Assembly: GCA_965649825.1 (NCBI GenBank)
Contig: OZ287702.1
Location: forward strand, 1,106,786-1,170,785
Reading direction: 5' to 3'
DNA length: 64,000 bases
DNA from: Penicillus capitatus
Taxonomy: Eukaryota > Plantae > Chlorophyta
A program made the position numbers and the translations under genes. The notes under the pieces were generated by a model. The model had not been told where the DNA came from, did not search any database, and saw only the letters and a program-made list of their open reading frames with translations. Below are positions 11,101 to 23,693 of the stretch, one piece after another (positions within the stretch are counted from its first letter, which is position 1; each line of letters starts with the position of its first letter).

Positions 11101-12133
11101 CACTTGCTCCGCACCACGCAGAAGGAGTTCTGCTCGTTCTTGTTGACGAAAGTGATCGAGGCGTTTCTGAAAAGTCGGATATAACGGTGGGTATGGAAAG
11201 AGGCGCGCGGGATGGCCCGCTCCGCGTTGTCGTCGTGGGCCAGGATGACATCTCAAATCAAGCACACGACGTTCTTACAGTGAAACACCAAAGACAACAA
11301 ACGGTAAAAACTCTGCCTCTTATGCCCACCCCCTGATTTGACTTCGTAGACAGGTCACTCATCCGCTTCCCAGCTCCATGGAAACACGTCTGTAAAAGAA
11401 TGGCGCAATTCTGACGGAACGATGATGGGACGTCTATGTTATAAGTGACATTTCTGTCACTTAGCACTTGTCGCGTCAGTGGCTGTGCGACGTAACCGTC
11501 ACTGATGAGTCGCAAACAAGTCGTGATGACTGGGAATGAGTTCCTAAGAAGTTCCTAAAAAACTTCTAGAAGTTCATACTGAATTCCCTTCTCTCATTGA
11601 GAATCTCATTGTGAACTCATTCTTGAAGTTCATCGATCTTTCCTGTCGTCACATCAGGGATTGAGTATTTAAGCAAGGCTCGGACAAATAAAACACCTTT
11701 CGTTTAACGTCAAAGTTTACACTTGTGTTCTGAATCACATACAATCTGTTCCAAGTCCAAAAACAACATTCACTGTCCATCCTCTTTTGTAACAAGTTGT
11801 CTGTTGGCTGCAATCACTGAAGCCCCCTAACGTTGCGAATACATAAAGGACCGCCCGCCGCTCATTCCATAAACAAGACTTCCGCTGCGCTTGTGAAATG
11901 AGTCATTCCGGAGACGTCGAATGCCCGGTCTTGCCCAGTGAACCACCGCCGCCCGTCCGCCAAGTATGGGCGGAAGATGTCGTGGCTGATGTGGGCAAGA
12001 AGACCGGACGAGATGAATCTTCACAACGTCCTCTGGCGAACACGAGGCCCTTCCGACACAACCGGCCGTGCCTCCTGAAGCACCCGACCTCAGCTGAATA
12101 AGACAGTCCGATTACGATGGCCATCTTGACGAC

Positions 12134-13680
12134 AGCTAAATAGAGTTAACTAGTGGCTTGCAGATCAGAACATGTCCTGCACGAGCATAGACATAGAATC
12201 GATACGTCACTTGCGCCGACAATGAGATTAGGATTGCAGAATCGCCAATGCTTAATCCAGTTGTGCGGCTGTTTAACGCAAACCGGGAATCGAACGAATT
12301 CTCGAAGACAGAAAGTGAGTGAGCATTCAGAATTGCGTTTCTTGTCCGTCAGATGTTGTCCCGCTAGCAATGGTCGTCACGACTAGTGAATCAAAAGTCA
12401 AGGTCCTCAGAGTCTCGCGTTTGTGTGAGGCTAGCTGAGTAATGCGGATTAACAAAAAACCAATAGCGGACTCAAAGCCGCGATCTTTTCAACACTGGTT
12501 CGGAGCACATATTGGAGGTAGGTGCACAAACTAGCGTCGGCTAACGTTCTAAATGGTTTGTTCGTGTTTTCATAGAGTCCAGAAGAGCTTCGGTCAGTTC
12601 ATTGTCACCGAGCGAAAGAACTCCAAGTTGTGTTTCATCGTGCGCTTGTAGATGCGCTTCGCATCGGTGACGTTGAAATGCTGCGGGAGATTCAACAGTT
12701 CAGCTGCTTCTGTCACTAGCGGCCCAATCTCCAGAATTCCCGACACCCAACTCGTGTACGGACTTCCGAGACGAAAGACACCTAAAACAGAAATTGGCAT
12801 GGAATCGGGCATCAGATTTTAATTCACCTTTGTTTTTCATTCTCAATGCCAATTCATACCAAAGACGCACGTCGGAATCGGCAGCGATGGCGTTGTACTC
12901 TACTGGATAGCTTTTATCGACTCTCTGCAGGTACCCGGCAAAGTCCTTTGTGGTGGGAGTCGGTGTGATGTCGTCTATGGCGATGTCGTACGTCTTGAGC
13001 GTCTGCTTTGCACTCGTCTTGTAGTCTTTAGACAAGCCTCTCAAGAATCTCTTCAGCTCCGGCGAGCATTTGGCTTTTTTGCAAGCTTTCATCCAAATGC
13101 GTGATGTGTGGATCTCCCAGTAAGCGTCCTGAAGACGCATCGCGTCGAATGCGTCTTTCGGCAATGTGCCATACAACACGCCTGCACAATATTTTTCGAT
13201 GCAGACCGAAAAAAGGCGAAGCACCTTGAATGAATTCTGTATTGAACGCTTTCTCGACGGTGTCGATGTTCTCACACCACAACTGCTCGCTCAAGGTTGC
13301 GTGGACATGAGGGCTGGGAGGACAGTCCCATTTGAATTCTGACACCGTGATGGTGGGGCCGATGTTAATTTCCTCGTCCGCGAATACCCAACTGCTTGTG
13401 TCCTGCTCCTCGTCCGCGAATGCCCAACTGCTTGTGTCCTGCTCCGCGTTCGTCGATGGTTTGTATGTCTCCTTGTGCATGGCGAACAGGGTTAGGAAGA
13501 CACTAATTAGGACAACAATAATGGAAAGGCCCCAACAAAGAAGCTTGGGCCGCAGATCTGTGGTAAACGTTATTTGCGCCGTGACCACCATTTCCTTTTG
13601 CGTCGACGAAGAAGCCGTTACGGAGCGATAGCGTCGAGGAGGTCGCTCAAGTGACGGCGCGTACGACTGTTTGCGACGAT
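12134..13680. repeat. Segmental direct repeat, copy 1 (pairs with 25407-26890)
   Basis: Colinear match from AGCTA(A/G)ATAGAGTTAACTAGTGG to CGACTGTTTGCGACG, with an offset of about 13.2 kb. Confidence 0.95.
12594..13591 (-). CDS. TenA/THI-4/PQQC (haem-oxygenase-like fold) protein with an N-terminal TM anchor, copy 1; 3 exons
   Basis: After splicing 43-nt and 46-nt GT-AG introns it reads EFIQGVLYGTLPKDAFDAMRLQDAYW...TPTPTT...RLWYELA...SPYTSWV...NLEFF, matching the TenA pattern FVQGIGDGTLP..F..Y..QD. It has a 36-nt internal duplication (EQDTSSW[A/V]FADE x2). Confidence 0.75.
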
Positions 13681-13719
13681 TGGGCGATCCTTTCTCAAAG
13701 ATCGAATTAGTAATGTTAA

Positions 13720-14295
13720 TCTTGGAGTTCTGTGATAGTATTCCTAGACCATACGGATTACGACAAACACTAGCAATGCTCTCTAGTACACACCTGCATG
13801 ATGCAGTTGTATGGCTGTTTTTTCTTCATGCACGATGGCATTCATCGAAGACGATGAGCGCGATATCGGAGATACCCATTTCTCTAACCATAAGAAGATA
13901 TCACATCAAAGCGACGAAGAAATCGCTCACTGTCTCCGAAGGAGATTGGGCAGAATCTGTGGCGTCATGACCAAGACATCTCTCAGGATTAGCGACTCCA
14001 GGTAGAGGTATCGAGACTTCGTCATTTAATTGATCCCTCGAGTGTTCAGAAACACGGAGATCCGTGAACTGCTTCAGAACACCCGCCAGTTGATGGGGGA
14101 CCAGTCCTTTTTTAGAGACCAAAAAGAAAATGCATTTCCGTGGTGCCTTTGCGTTCGAAGCCTTGTAGGCCATCTTCGCCGCCACTTCCCGAATCAGAAA
14201 AACAGAAATGAAAGTCTTGCCAGATCCTGTATCCAAGTAGGCAATGACAGTTCTGCGACACGCGGTCGGTAGAGATCCAACTGGCGCTGACGAAT
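13720..14295 (-). pseudogene. Dicer-like N-terminal DExD/H helicase relic, frameshifted and truncated
   Basis: RQRQLDLY / TVIAYLDTGSGKTFISVFLI / IFFLVSK / DVLVMTPQIL / IVFDECH / K.PYNCIMQEYYH follow the Dicer helicase order. At least 3 frame changes are needed, and it stops at the junction with the repeat copy. Confidence 0.8.
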
Positions 14296-15525
14296 CGTCA
14301 CACGCCATCCCTTCTCATCCACCAAATCCTTCACTTGCTACATCTCAGAACTCCTAGATACCATCCACCTTCCACCTGCCACTTTAGACACATGCCCATC
14401 CATACCTTACCATTGGAGTCCGATTTTTGAGATGCTCCCTGCACCACTGCCGCTCTGACAGATACGACAGAGACGGTCGGATTTGTGGGAGTTCGTGTGA
14501 TGAGAGGCGATGGCATGGGAAGATTTGTCAGTACCAGATGGATGGACCGTCGCAGCAGGAAACGGTCCACAAATGGGCATCTCTCTTGGCGGCATCGCGC
14601 GGAGAACACGATACACCATTGATCGACCCATCAACGCCGCTTGCAGTATCTTCGTCGGCAGCTTCGCGTGCATATGGTACAGGACAATCTGAATCGGCGG
14701 GATGTTTCCCGAGACAAGAACACTTAGAGACACAAGCGTCACCCTAAACGTTCCGATAGTGGGCATACCATTATGCATCCTGTATTTTACTTGCAGGGCT
14801 TACTCTCCGTCAAGTCCACTGTGGGAAGCGACGCATGCTTCCGATTGTGACTTGTCGTCGACCTCGAATGCTTGTTGGTTTTCTGAGGGTACACTGCGCC
14901 GAAGAAAGAGTCGTGTAAGATTTCTTTCACGCTGCTTTCGTCGCTCTCGGAGTCCGACTCGCTTATCGTATAGAAATTACCGTCGTCGGATGCGGCGCCG
15001 GATATCGATGGATTCCTTATAATACTTCTCCTACCCACGTACTGCAATGTTACCTGTTACGCTTGTTTTGTTTCGAGTATTCTCTGTTCTGCAATCACGC
15101 AACATTAATAGAAACGAGCTGGGATGTGTTAAGAACACCTTGATTTCTACCTTTCTAGAAAATCGGTGACGTCGGGTGAACTCTACAGAGGACGATATTG
15201 TGCTTCCAGATGGGCAGCTAAGGGTTGATGATGAGTTTAGGCAGAATTCATAGGACGAAAGCGGAAAGCAACATTCCTTGTAAAAACAGAAGGAAAACGG
15301 ATGTGTGCAGAAAAACAATCGAAATGTAAATGAACAACTCGTCGAGAATCTTCGCACATGTATGCGAACATCGTCGACGAGTCGGAAGCGGAGTGCACAC
15401 AATACTATACTTGGCGAGAGGCTTATGTGCTTTGGAAAGTGCACCAGCTGGCAACAGCCAATTCTCGAGTGAAGATTCTTCAGAGTCCCATGGAATCACA
15501 CATCGACACCGACAAGATGGTGTAC

Positions 15526-16900
15526 CTAGCAATTCCTAAAAGGCCTCTTGGACGGGGATGTATCGATCGACGTCGAAAAGAGTTCCTCGGAATCCACTCT
15601 GCTGAGATCTGTCAGCCAAGGATCGATGTAGGTATCATCCTGACGTTCGAGGAAATCATCTTCGCCGGATTCCTCGTCATCGAATCGAACTGAAGCTGCG
15701 CCGGCCAACCTCTGTAAGACAACTGCCAGACAGGCCATCCGCTCGAACTCTTCTAGTGACATGCCAATCATCAGACACGTTGGATACACAGCCACTTCTG
15801 GCATGCAAACTGTCAGCTGCCCTCTGTCTTGCGACGACCATCCACATTCTCTCAGCCAGTGCCCAAGTAAGGCTGCTGAGAATTCTGTTGGCCTTTCCAG
15901 CATCCGAGATTTCCAGTCGTCACACCAGCCATGCAGAGGGTGCCTGATCTTAGAGAACGAACTTGCCGATCTCGATGACACCGAGATCAGACTTTCCTCG
16001 GGGACAGTTTCATCAATGCTTATACGTCTGGATACCGAGTCTGATTCGAGGTTCGAGAGTGGACAGTCTTGCTGGACAGAAGCCACATCTGGATTGGGCT
16101 TGACCTGTCTCCTGTCCGTGCCGCAGGGAGGCATTCCGTGTGCTATCGACTTGACTCCATGTCAAAGGCCGTTGCCTCCGGCGCCTGTGAAGCCAATCTC
16201 CGGTCCACCGAGCCTTGGAGCGCTGCCTTAGCGCCAAGTCGACGACTCGTGGCGCTCGCTTTACAGTGTAACCCATGTGCATCTTGGCCCTTGTCGTACA
16301 GGATCGGGGGCGAATTTGCCAACGGTCTCTGGAATTCACGGTTGCGTATACTGAATCTGTACGCGTCCCCCGCTTCAACGACGTCTGCTGAAGGTGCGAA
16401 CCGACGCACTTGCTCATTCAGCAGGGTGGATTCTCGTCTTCAAGACCAGCACAAACCATTCCGTCGTCCCATCTCTCAGTCTCTCAGTGCATGAGCTTCT
16501 CCAGACGGCCCTGGCAGAACTGGTTGGCCGTCTTTGGGTTACGATGGGAACTGCTCGACGACTGCTCTCGATACAGCTTCCCCTTTTTCTTTAGTGCATC
16601 CAAAACGCACAGGTACCTGTGGCTCGTGAAACTGTCTTGCCTGCTTAGGAATGGCGATGTCCTCATCTCCATGGAGAGGAATTGCATTGCCTCAGGTACA
16701 CCACATCCAGCATGAAACACATTGATCCCGTCAACGTAGTGTCTGTTTCGCCCAAGACGGCGACACAACTCACGACCGAATGGCCGTCTGGAGCTGTATA
16801 GCAGCCTGGTTGGTCTCCTGAGATGCGCCGCAATGCTTGCGTTGCTTACTTTGAGGAGACTGGCACATCGAGACGATCCTTCTTCATGTAAACATTGCTG
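15526..16900 (-). pseudogene. Possible Dicer-like mid-region relic (dimerisation domain to PAZ-connector)
   Basis: MPEVAVYP...FERMACLAVVLQRL (~15700-15805) resembles the Dicer connector PELC.IHP...WRKAVCLPSILYRL. ELCRRL...Y is weakly DUF283-like. No RNase III signature was seen. Confidence 0.4.
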
Positions 16901-17199
16901 TTGGTTTCATTGCTGAGAGCTGTCTGTTTTTTCCAACTGGAAGAGTATCGACACTATAGAATGGCATCCTGCACGCACATGCACTGTAAACAGTCACACG
17001 TGTAACACAAATCATCATGTTATCCTCCAACACTCGCTTCACTCTCTCACTCTGCTCTCTGCGTTTTCTGGGAGTTCAAAAGAAATTGCTATGATGCAAT
17101 ACCGATTCCCTCAACGCTTATCAACAGGTACAACGATCTCATGCGCGCACGCCGACGCTGCTATCATTTCTATCAGAGCTCCTTCCTCTGCGTCTTAAA

Positions 17200-19095
17200 A
17201 CTTGTTCAGAACATTTGAGGTCGGCCAGAACGAAACACCCCATAAAGGTAAAGATTCAGCTGTTTTGGTTGCTGCAACGATAGTGGCATGTCCTCCGCCG
17301 TCCAGCACCACTCCAGAGCTCCACCTCAGAAAGCACGAGAAGATGAATGTGCCATCGAACACTCTCGTGCACATATCACTCTTCCTCGGCGATATGTCCT
17401 ACCTAGACTGCTTCAGAGCAGAATACGAGCAAGACAACTGCTCCAGAACACAGCTGCTCTGCCAACCTGGAAACACGAAAGACGCAGGTCTTTCGTAATC
17501 TCACTCAAAAACAGCGATTCCCTGAGCTCTCTCTTTTCACGCGCTAGCAGACTGCGCTCGGCCAGAAGACTGGACCTGCTGCCATCCGCATGTGTCAGAG
17601 TTGCACCTGCCTGCCCGCAGCTCGCCCGTCACTCTCTGTGCCCATCACCCTGCTCAATGCAACTGGACGAGCGAACGCCGTTGACCGACTGCGCTCTTTC
17701 TTTCTCTGAGGGGCCGTGCATGCATCACCGGCCACTCCGAGTGCCCGAGCACAACGAGGATGTCTGCAGATCGATGGCAAACGACACTTCGGGGCTTCTG
17801 CGAGCGTCCAGCTCCACGGAGAACGACGTCGACTGAAAGGAATCGGTTCCGCGACGCTCCTGTGAACGACTTCTGCGGCGAGTCGGCCCCCAACATCCAC
17901 ATCCGGAGACCAGAGACCTCTAATGTCCGTGTCCTCTGACCGTTAGGCTGCAACCAAGGCGGCAAAAAGGACTTCCCCAGGCTGTAACTGACCTTTGTCT
18001 GTTTCTGCGCGCGCGTTTTCTACCGAGATGGACTGCGAGACAACGACGCCATGTGCCAACGACCCCAAATACACCTTCCCCGGAAAAGAGTAAGTGTTCT
18101 CCGTCTTCCGCCACCTCCGCCGCCATGCGTCATGGCCTCTGAGCCATGCGCTGACTTTTCCAGCGCTATCGCCTTCTGCGAGCGTCTTTTGGCCTGTGCG
18201 GACGTCAGACGCCAGAGAAGAGCTAATGGCCATCCGGTCGCGCAGCATGTGGCTCTTCCTGACGTCTACGCGCGTTTTTCTGTCTTACGGGCCGACGCCT
18301 ACAGACACGTTGCTCTGCATGGCAGAGACTAACTCTTTTTGTGTGGTCTGTAGGTTCTCAGAGATAACCCTACGCGAGGTCAAGGGGAAGTACCCCCCTA
18401 GGGGGTTCGAGGGGCTGGATCCTGCCCAGAGGGAGGAATTATTCTGGGCCCTTAAAGCCCAGTCGACGGCGCAGATGGCGCCTAACAATGAGCCCCCTGT
18501 CCGGTTTGGACCACCCGGTGGCCAAACCGGACAGGACACGACAATGAGGAGGCGCCCCCGTCGAGTTTCCGCCGCGGACCGACAATGGCGCCTCGCTTCC
18601 GACCAAGGCATCCCAGAGGTAAGCCCCTCACATCCACACACACGATTCTTTATGCTTGTTTTGTCTAGGGAAATCCTCCACCGCCATCTGCGCCGAAGCA
18701 GCCAAGCCCAGTAACGCAGCAATCCGCGCATCAGGCGCCGCTGCAGCACCCAAGCCCCCAACAGCAGGAATCCGCGCATCAGGCGCAGCCTCAGCCGCTG
18801 CAGCATCCATGGACATCCATGGATTGCCATCCGCCGCCGCCACCACAGCAGTCATCTGAACCACCGCCACCGCAGCAGCCATGCTATCCGACGCAGCAGC
18901 AGCAACCTTCTGGGACGCAGCAGCAGCAACATATCCCCGGGGCAACCATGCAATGGACCCCCTGTCCACCTCCAGAAAACACCACCCCACCTCCTTGCCT
19001 GCAGCCTGGTCCACCCTATCATCTCTTTCCTCCCCGTACCCAAGTCTTTTGCATCCCTGCATGCCCTCCACCTATCATTTCCCCCCGTCCTTTTA
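17200..19095 (+). pseudogene. Spliced ORF of unknown family with a Pro/Gln-rich tail, probably element-borne and decaying
   Basis: GT-AG intron at ~18620-18668 joins ...ASDQGIPE to GNPPPPSAPKQPS...QQQQ. Trp/Cys/Met codons are scattered through the low-complexity tail. The 5' exon structure is unresolved. Confidence 0.4.
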
Positions 19096-19405
19096 AATTC
19101 TCCTTCACCGCCCGACCTCCCCCATTTCCAGAGCGCATCTCAGTTTTTTCGCTGAGGTGCCAGCCTGTGATTCCCCCTCGGCCATTCATTTTTTCTGTGG
19201 GGCCGCTAGGCATTCCTCCGAGACCTTACTTCATGTCCGGAGAATGCGTCCGTGTCGGTACGTCCGCCATCCCAGAGCGGTTATTTTTCCTCTCCGGAGC
19301 TTGCGTAAGCCACTCTTCTACCTTTTCTCTTCTATTGTGTGTTTCTGTGTAGGTTACTAGCGGACAATAGCTCAAAGAGCCTTATCTGATAGGCTCTTTG
19401 GACAC

Positions 19406-19600
19406 TGTTTTCTTTTGGGGGCTGAAAAAAGAGAAAAAGTAAAAGAAAGTTTTTTTTTTGTTTTTTGTGGAGTTAGAGCTCTGCTTGCTGCCAGCTGTTT
19501 TCTTTTTCTTGGGGGGCTGCAAAAAGAAAAAAGAAAAAAAGTTTTTCAGTTTCTTCTGTGGAGTTAGGGATCTGCTTGCTGCCAACTGTTTTCTATTTTT
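19406..19600. repeat. About 2.2 copies of a ~90-bp A/T-tract repeat
   Basis: Unit CTGTTTTCTTTT..GGGGGCTG(C)AAAAA...GTGGAGTTAG..TCTGCTTGCTGCCA repeated. Confidence 0.8.
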
Positions 19601-20136
19601 TGCCTTTCAGAGCGTCCCTCGACAGTCATTTTTGGTATCGTGCACGGGACTGCATTGATTTTTCCTCATGTGTGCACCTTAACCAGGATCTGGATTGTTT
19701 GAGGGACCAGATTTAGACAAAGATCTGTTTTGCTTTTGTTTTTTGGCTGCCGCATGGCTGTTGTTTTGTGCCAGTGGCACTCATGGCTGGGAGATCGATT
19801 TTAATTTTTTGTACATATTAGTAATAAATGTGGGCAGGACATATTTCTGAGGTGCGGTGGTTCATTTGGCAGTGGTACATGGCTTTACTGTGTGGCGGTG
19901 GTGTACTTGTGCGGTCATTTCTGTTTTTCTGCGGTGGAAGATTATCATGTGCTCAGTTCTGGCGAGAAGGCGGCTTGTCAGATGGACTGGTTCTTAGTTC
20001 TGGAGCAGAGAAGGGCGAGGGGTGCTCATATTCACTGGGAAATGGATTGGATAATCTGGAGACCGTTTTCTAGAGCACTGGACTTCCAGGTGGTTTGTGC
20101 TGGTGGTGCATGGCGTGCTGGACAGGTGTCTCTGGT

Positions 20137-20338
20137 GTAGTGGACGTTGAGGTGTCCGGTGCTGGTGGTGGACGACGCGATGGACAGGTCTGATGCAGTG
20201 GATGTTGAGGTGTCCGGTGCTGGTGGTGGACGACGCGATGGACAGGTCTGAAGCAGTGGATGTTGATGTGTCCGGTGCTGGAGGAGGATGACGCGATGGA
20301 CAGGTCTGAAGCAGTGGATGTTGAGGTGTCCGGTGCTG
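20137..20338. repeat. 58-bp tandem repeat, about 3.5 copies
   Basis: G(C/T)AGTGGA(C/T)GTTGA(G/T)GTGTCCGGTGCTGG... units start at 20137, 20195, 20253 and 20311. Confidence 0.9.
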
Positions 20339-20340
20339 TG

Positions 20341-23300
20341 ATGTCATGGTCCATGTGCTGGACTGTCTTTGGGATGCAAAGTGTGCCGAAATGCTCCATG
20401 CTCTGGGAGGACCTGGGACGAGTGATGGATCTGTTTGTACAACAATATCCATGGATCATTACAGTATTCATTTGTATGGCACGGTAAGTGACATGATGAC
20501 TCGCTTTGTAGAGCAGAAGCTAATGAGGTGTCTTCTCTGCAGGATAGTGGATGCAACGGTGATTCGGTTTTTCAGGAATGCGAACATGACAAATCCGGAT
20601 TCGGGTTACAAGGCATGCTAAACAAAGGAGAGGTTTGCAGCATCATATGAACATGGTGAGAAGCCGCCAGACAGAGATCGTTTGAAACTTCAAGGTACAG
20701 TGTCCCCGTTATGATCATCTTATGCTCAAATTTGAAATCAGATACAAGAGAGGATTGAATCATGTTCATACATACTGAAGAGATGATTTCCAGAGAGAAG
20801 TCATCGCCAATCCAATGTCGTCATCTGACATCGTGAAGAGGATTCATGAGGCACAGCCTGGGACATAATGACAATGACCATTCCACAAATGCGACAAGAC
20901 TGAAGAGATCTCTCTTCATTGAAGGACGCAGTTTGGTTTTCATGCACAACAGACCCGTCGCATATTCGATTCTGCAAGGCTTGTGGACATCTATCTGACC
21001 TGATGTTCCCCGTCCATGATGGAATCTAAGGTTCCCAAAGAGGTCCTTTCATTTTAACATTTCGTGCTAAGTGGTGCTCTGTTCTGTAGAAAAGATGACA
21101 TGTCGAGAAGAGCATGCAAAACACACCACAGTTTCCATCCTGCGTGAGCTCGGTTGAATCAGCTGGAAAGTCTAAAGGACACTGGAGTATCGGTTTCTGC
21201 AGAGTGAATTCGTCTGACCAAGGAGCCTTTCGATGCGTACGTCAGCCCATCGCATCCTGCACTCACCAACACATTTCTCAAGGTAATCTGCAGATGCCTC
21301 ATGCTCCTTCGTGTACACTTGATTTGACAGGCATTTAAAGAGGCAGTGTCGAAGGAAGTGGCAGCAGTGGCCTGGATGCAATGACGAAGACGATTTGGTC
21401 AAGAGAAGACAGTTTGGATCGAGTCTGTTCTACAAGCCTTGGATCTATCGTCTCGTGAAAAGCGATGCATTCGGCAACAGATTCATCAATCATGACGACG
21501 GAAGACATGATTGCTGGATGACAGTGAAATCCTGGATCTCGCGGTGCTATGGCATTGAGTGTTCTCTGGTGTCTGTCTGGACTGGAGTAAAGAAGAAGAC
21601 TCAGATCCCAGACAACGACTGCCAAAGCCACCCTGGATTGAAGAGAGATATATCTTGTCTCTCCTGGATTCATGCACTCGGACAACGATGATGGTACAAC
21701 CAAACGCCGTTAATCATCTCAAAATACTGGATACGCCATGAAGAAAGCTGGAATGTATTCTTTGCCAACAGTTGATAAGATGCCCTGGATCAGATTTTCG
21801 AGGCATAGGGACTCTGAACTCAAGAGTCTCGCCGAAATGCACAGGCCATCCTGGATGCAAGATCATCAGAATAAAGGAGCCTTGTTGATCGCCAAGTCAA
21901 CTAACTGTTTTCCGAATTGGTCAGTCTGACAGTCGCCTGAGAGCTGCATGGGATCAAAAGATTGGCCCCCGACCTCCTCGAACATTCCTTTTGTTCACTC
22001 CAGGTATGTCTCCCTATGTCGCCTATGCACTCGATGAGCCTGCATCTCAGAATCAATGTGGAGTTAAAGAGGAGGACAAATGGGGCATGGACACTCGATG
22101 AGGTCAATCAAGATCTCAAACGGATCACTGTCATCCCTTTAGTGCTTGCTTCTTCGAGAAGAGGCAATTTTTCCCTTCACAAACGAGATGCTCGACATGA
22201 AATAAGATGCATCCAATCTGGCAGAGGAAGACGTGCTTCAGACGAACATTTGAGGTAATTCCTTCAGCCAGTTTGCCCAGTCAAAGACCACCTGTTGCAG
22301 ACCAAGCGTGGATGTTGGCTATCACAGTTGCGGAGAAGCATGAGTGGCTGTGCTGCATCAGATTCCCTCGGAGCACTGCTATTGGATTTGTCAGAGACGT
22401 GTGCCCGGGAATGCTGACGAGCTGGATGTCCGAGTTAGCCTGAATGCGGCTCCTCATTCCGAAGGCTCGACAGAAGCTGCCGCTGCATTCTCCGATGACA
22501 GAACAAGATTCAGAAGGATCTGAAGACTGACAGCCGCCCTTCCACAGGGCAGAGGACGAATTGGTGGTGTCTTCCTCGACCATGGCCGGGAGAGGCGCCA
22601 CTTGACAACACGAGCACTGCACTGACATTTCTCGTCAGGTAGAGAATGTCACATCTGCTCTTGTGCTCAAGGATACAGTGTCATCAGGATGAGATGAGGA
22701 AGACGTGTCAGAAGGAGATATAGACTCCTGGTAGATGTCTTTCGGAAGAGGCACTCATTTCCTCTTCATCTCACTGACAGAATCGAGAACGGACCAGCCG
22801 ACAGACTTTGAAGAGAACAACACGGCAAATGGGCAACTGGACACCTGCAGAGAGAAGAGCCAACAGCTGTGGGAGGCGGAAAGCAGAAAGGCTTCTAGTG
22901 AGGCAGTCAGTGCCGACGTTCGAGAAGGCCAGAAGCAGTCCTGGATCAGATTTCCTTGCACTGACCGATCCACTCCACCCACCCCAGGCAGCGGCAGCCG
23001 CATCAGGGGGGATGGTTGGGCGACAGGGAGAGCAGAGACAGTGACATTGGGCAGCCACGTGATTCGGTCGATGCCCACAGGTAAGCGTCCTTTGGATCGG
23101 CATCCAGGGCCGTCTCTTCTGTCCCTTTTCTCTCTCTTTCTCCCCTGGATGCCCGTCTTCTTCGATCTGGGCAACGGAATCGGCCTTTGTATTTCTTCCT
23201 GTGTGCCTGTGTATTGTCTTTTTGTGTGCCTGGCAGTTGTCATTGCTTTCCTTGTCTGCTTTTGTGCTCTGTGATTGTGTTTACCTTTCTTGTGCCTGTC

Positions 23301-23693
23301 GCCGATTCCGTTGTCCCCTATTGCATGTCTTTTCATCCTTCCTTTCTTTGCTGTTTTCTCTTGAACTGTGTTCTTTAATTTACATTGTAATGTTCATCCT
23401 GTCCTGTTCTTTCTGTTTTCTGTTTGCGTTTCCTTGCTTTCTTGATTCACTGTGTGTGCTGGGTCCCTTTTTGGACCTCTTATTTGCATGTCCTCGCAGC
23501 GCGCCGGATCCAAAGGACGATTCCAGGGATATTCGCCAATCACACTGGGAATTCTCACCCTTCCCAGGGCTGCTTTTCGGGAGAGGTCACTGGTACCTCT
23601 GCCAGGTTGCATCGAGCGGCGCCGCTAGCCAAAGGTATGTTCTCATGTCACTCAGATGTCACATATAACTCTGCCTTTGCAGATGGGGTTTAA
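20341..23693 (+). pseudogene. Multi-exon ORF (~860 codons) inactivated by about 22 in-frame stops without frameshifts; family unknown
   Basis: Phase-compatible exons 20341-20483, 20543-20694, 20742-21042, 21090-21282, 21331-22003, 22051-22254, 22301-23080, then ~23499-23635 and a short last exon ending TAA at 23693. By manual count the internal stops are 17 TGA, 3 TAA and 2 TAG. Confidence 0.65.

Noticed and set aside
13591-13800. Dicer-helicase::TenA fusion gene at the repeat junction
   Set aside because: The Dicer frame and the TenA frame differ at the junction, and the Dicer frame is already broken upstream.
20137-20338. CRISPR-like array
   Set aside because: The units are contiguous 58-bp tandem repeats with no unique spacers, the context is eukaryotic, and there are no cas genes.
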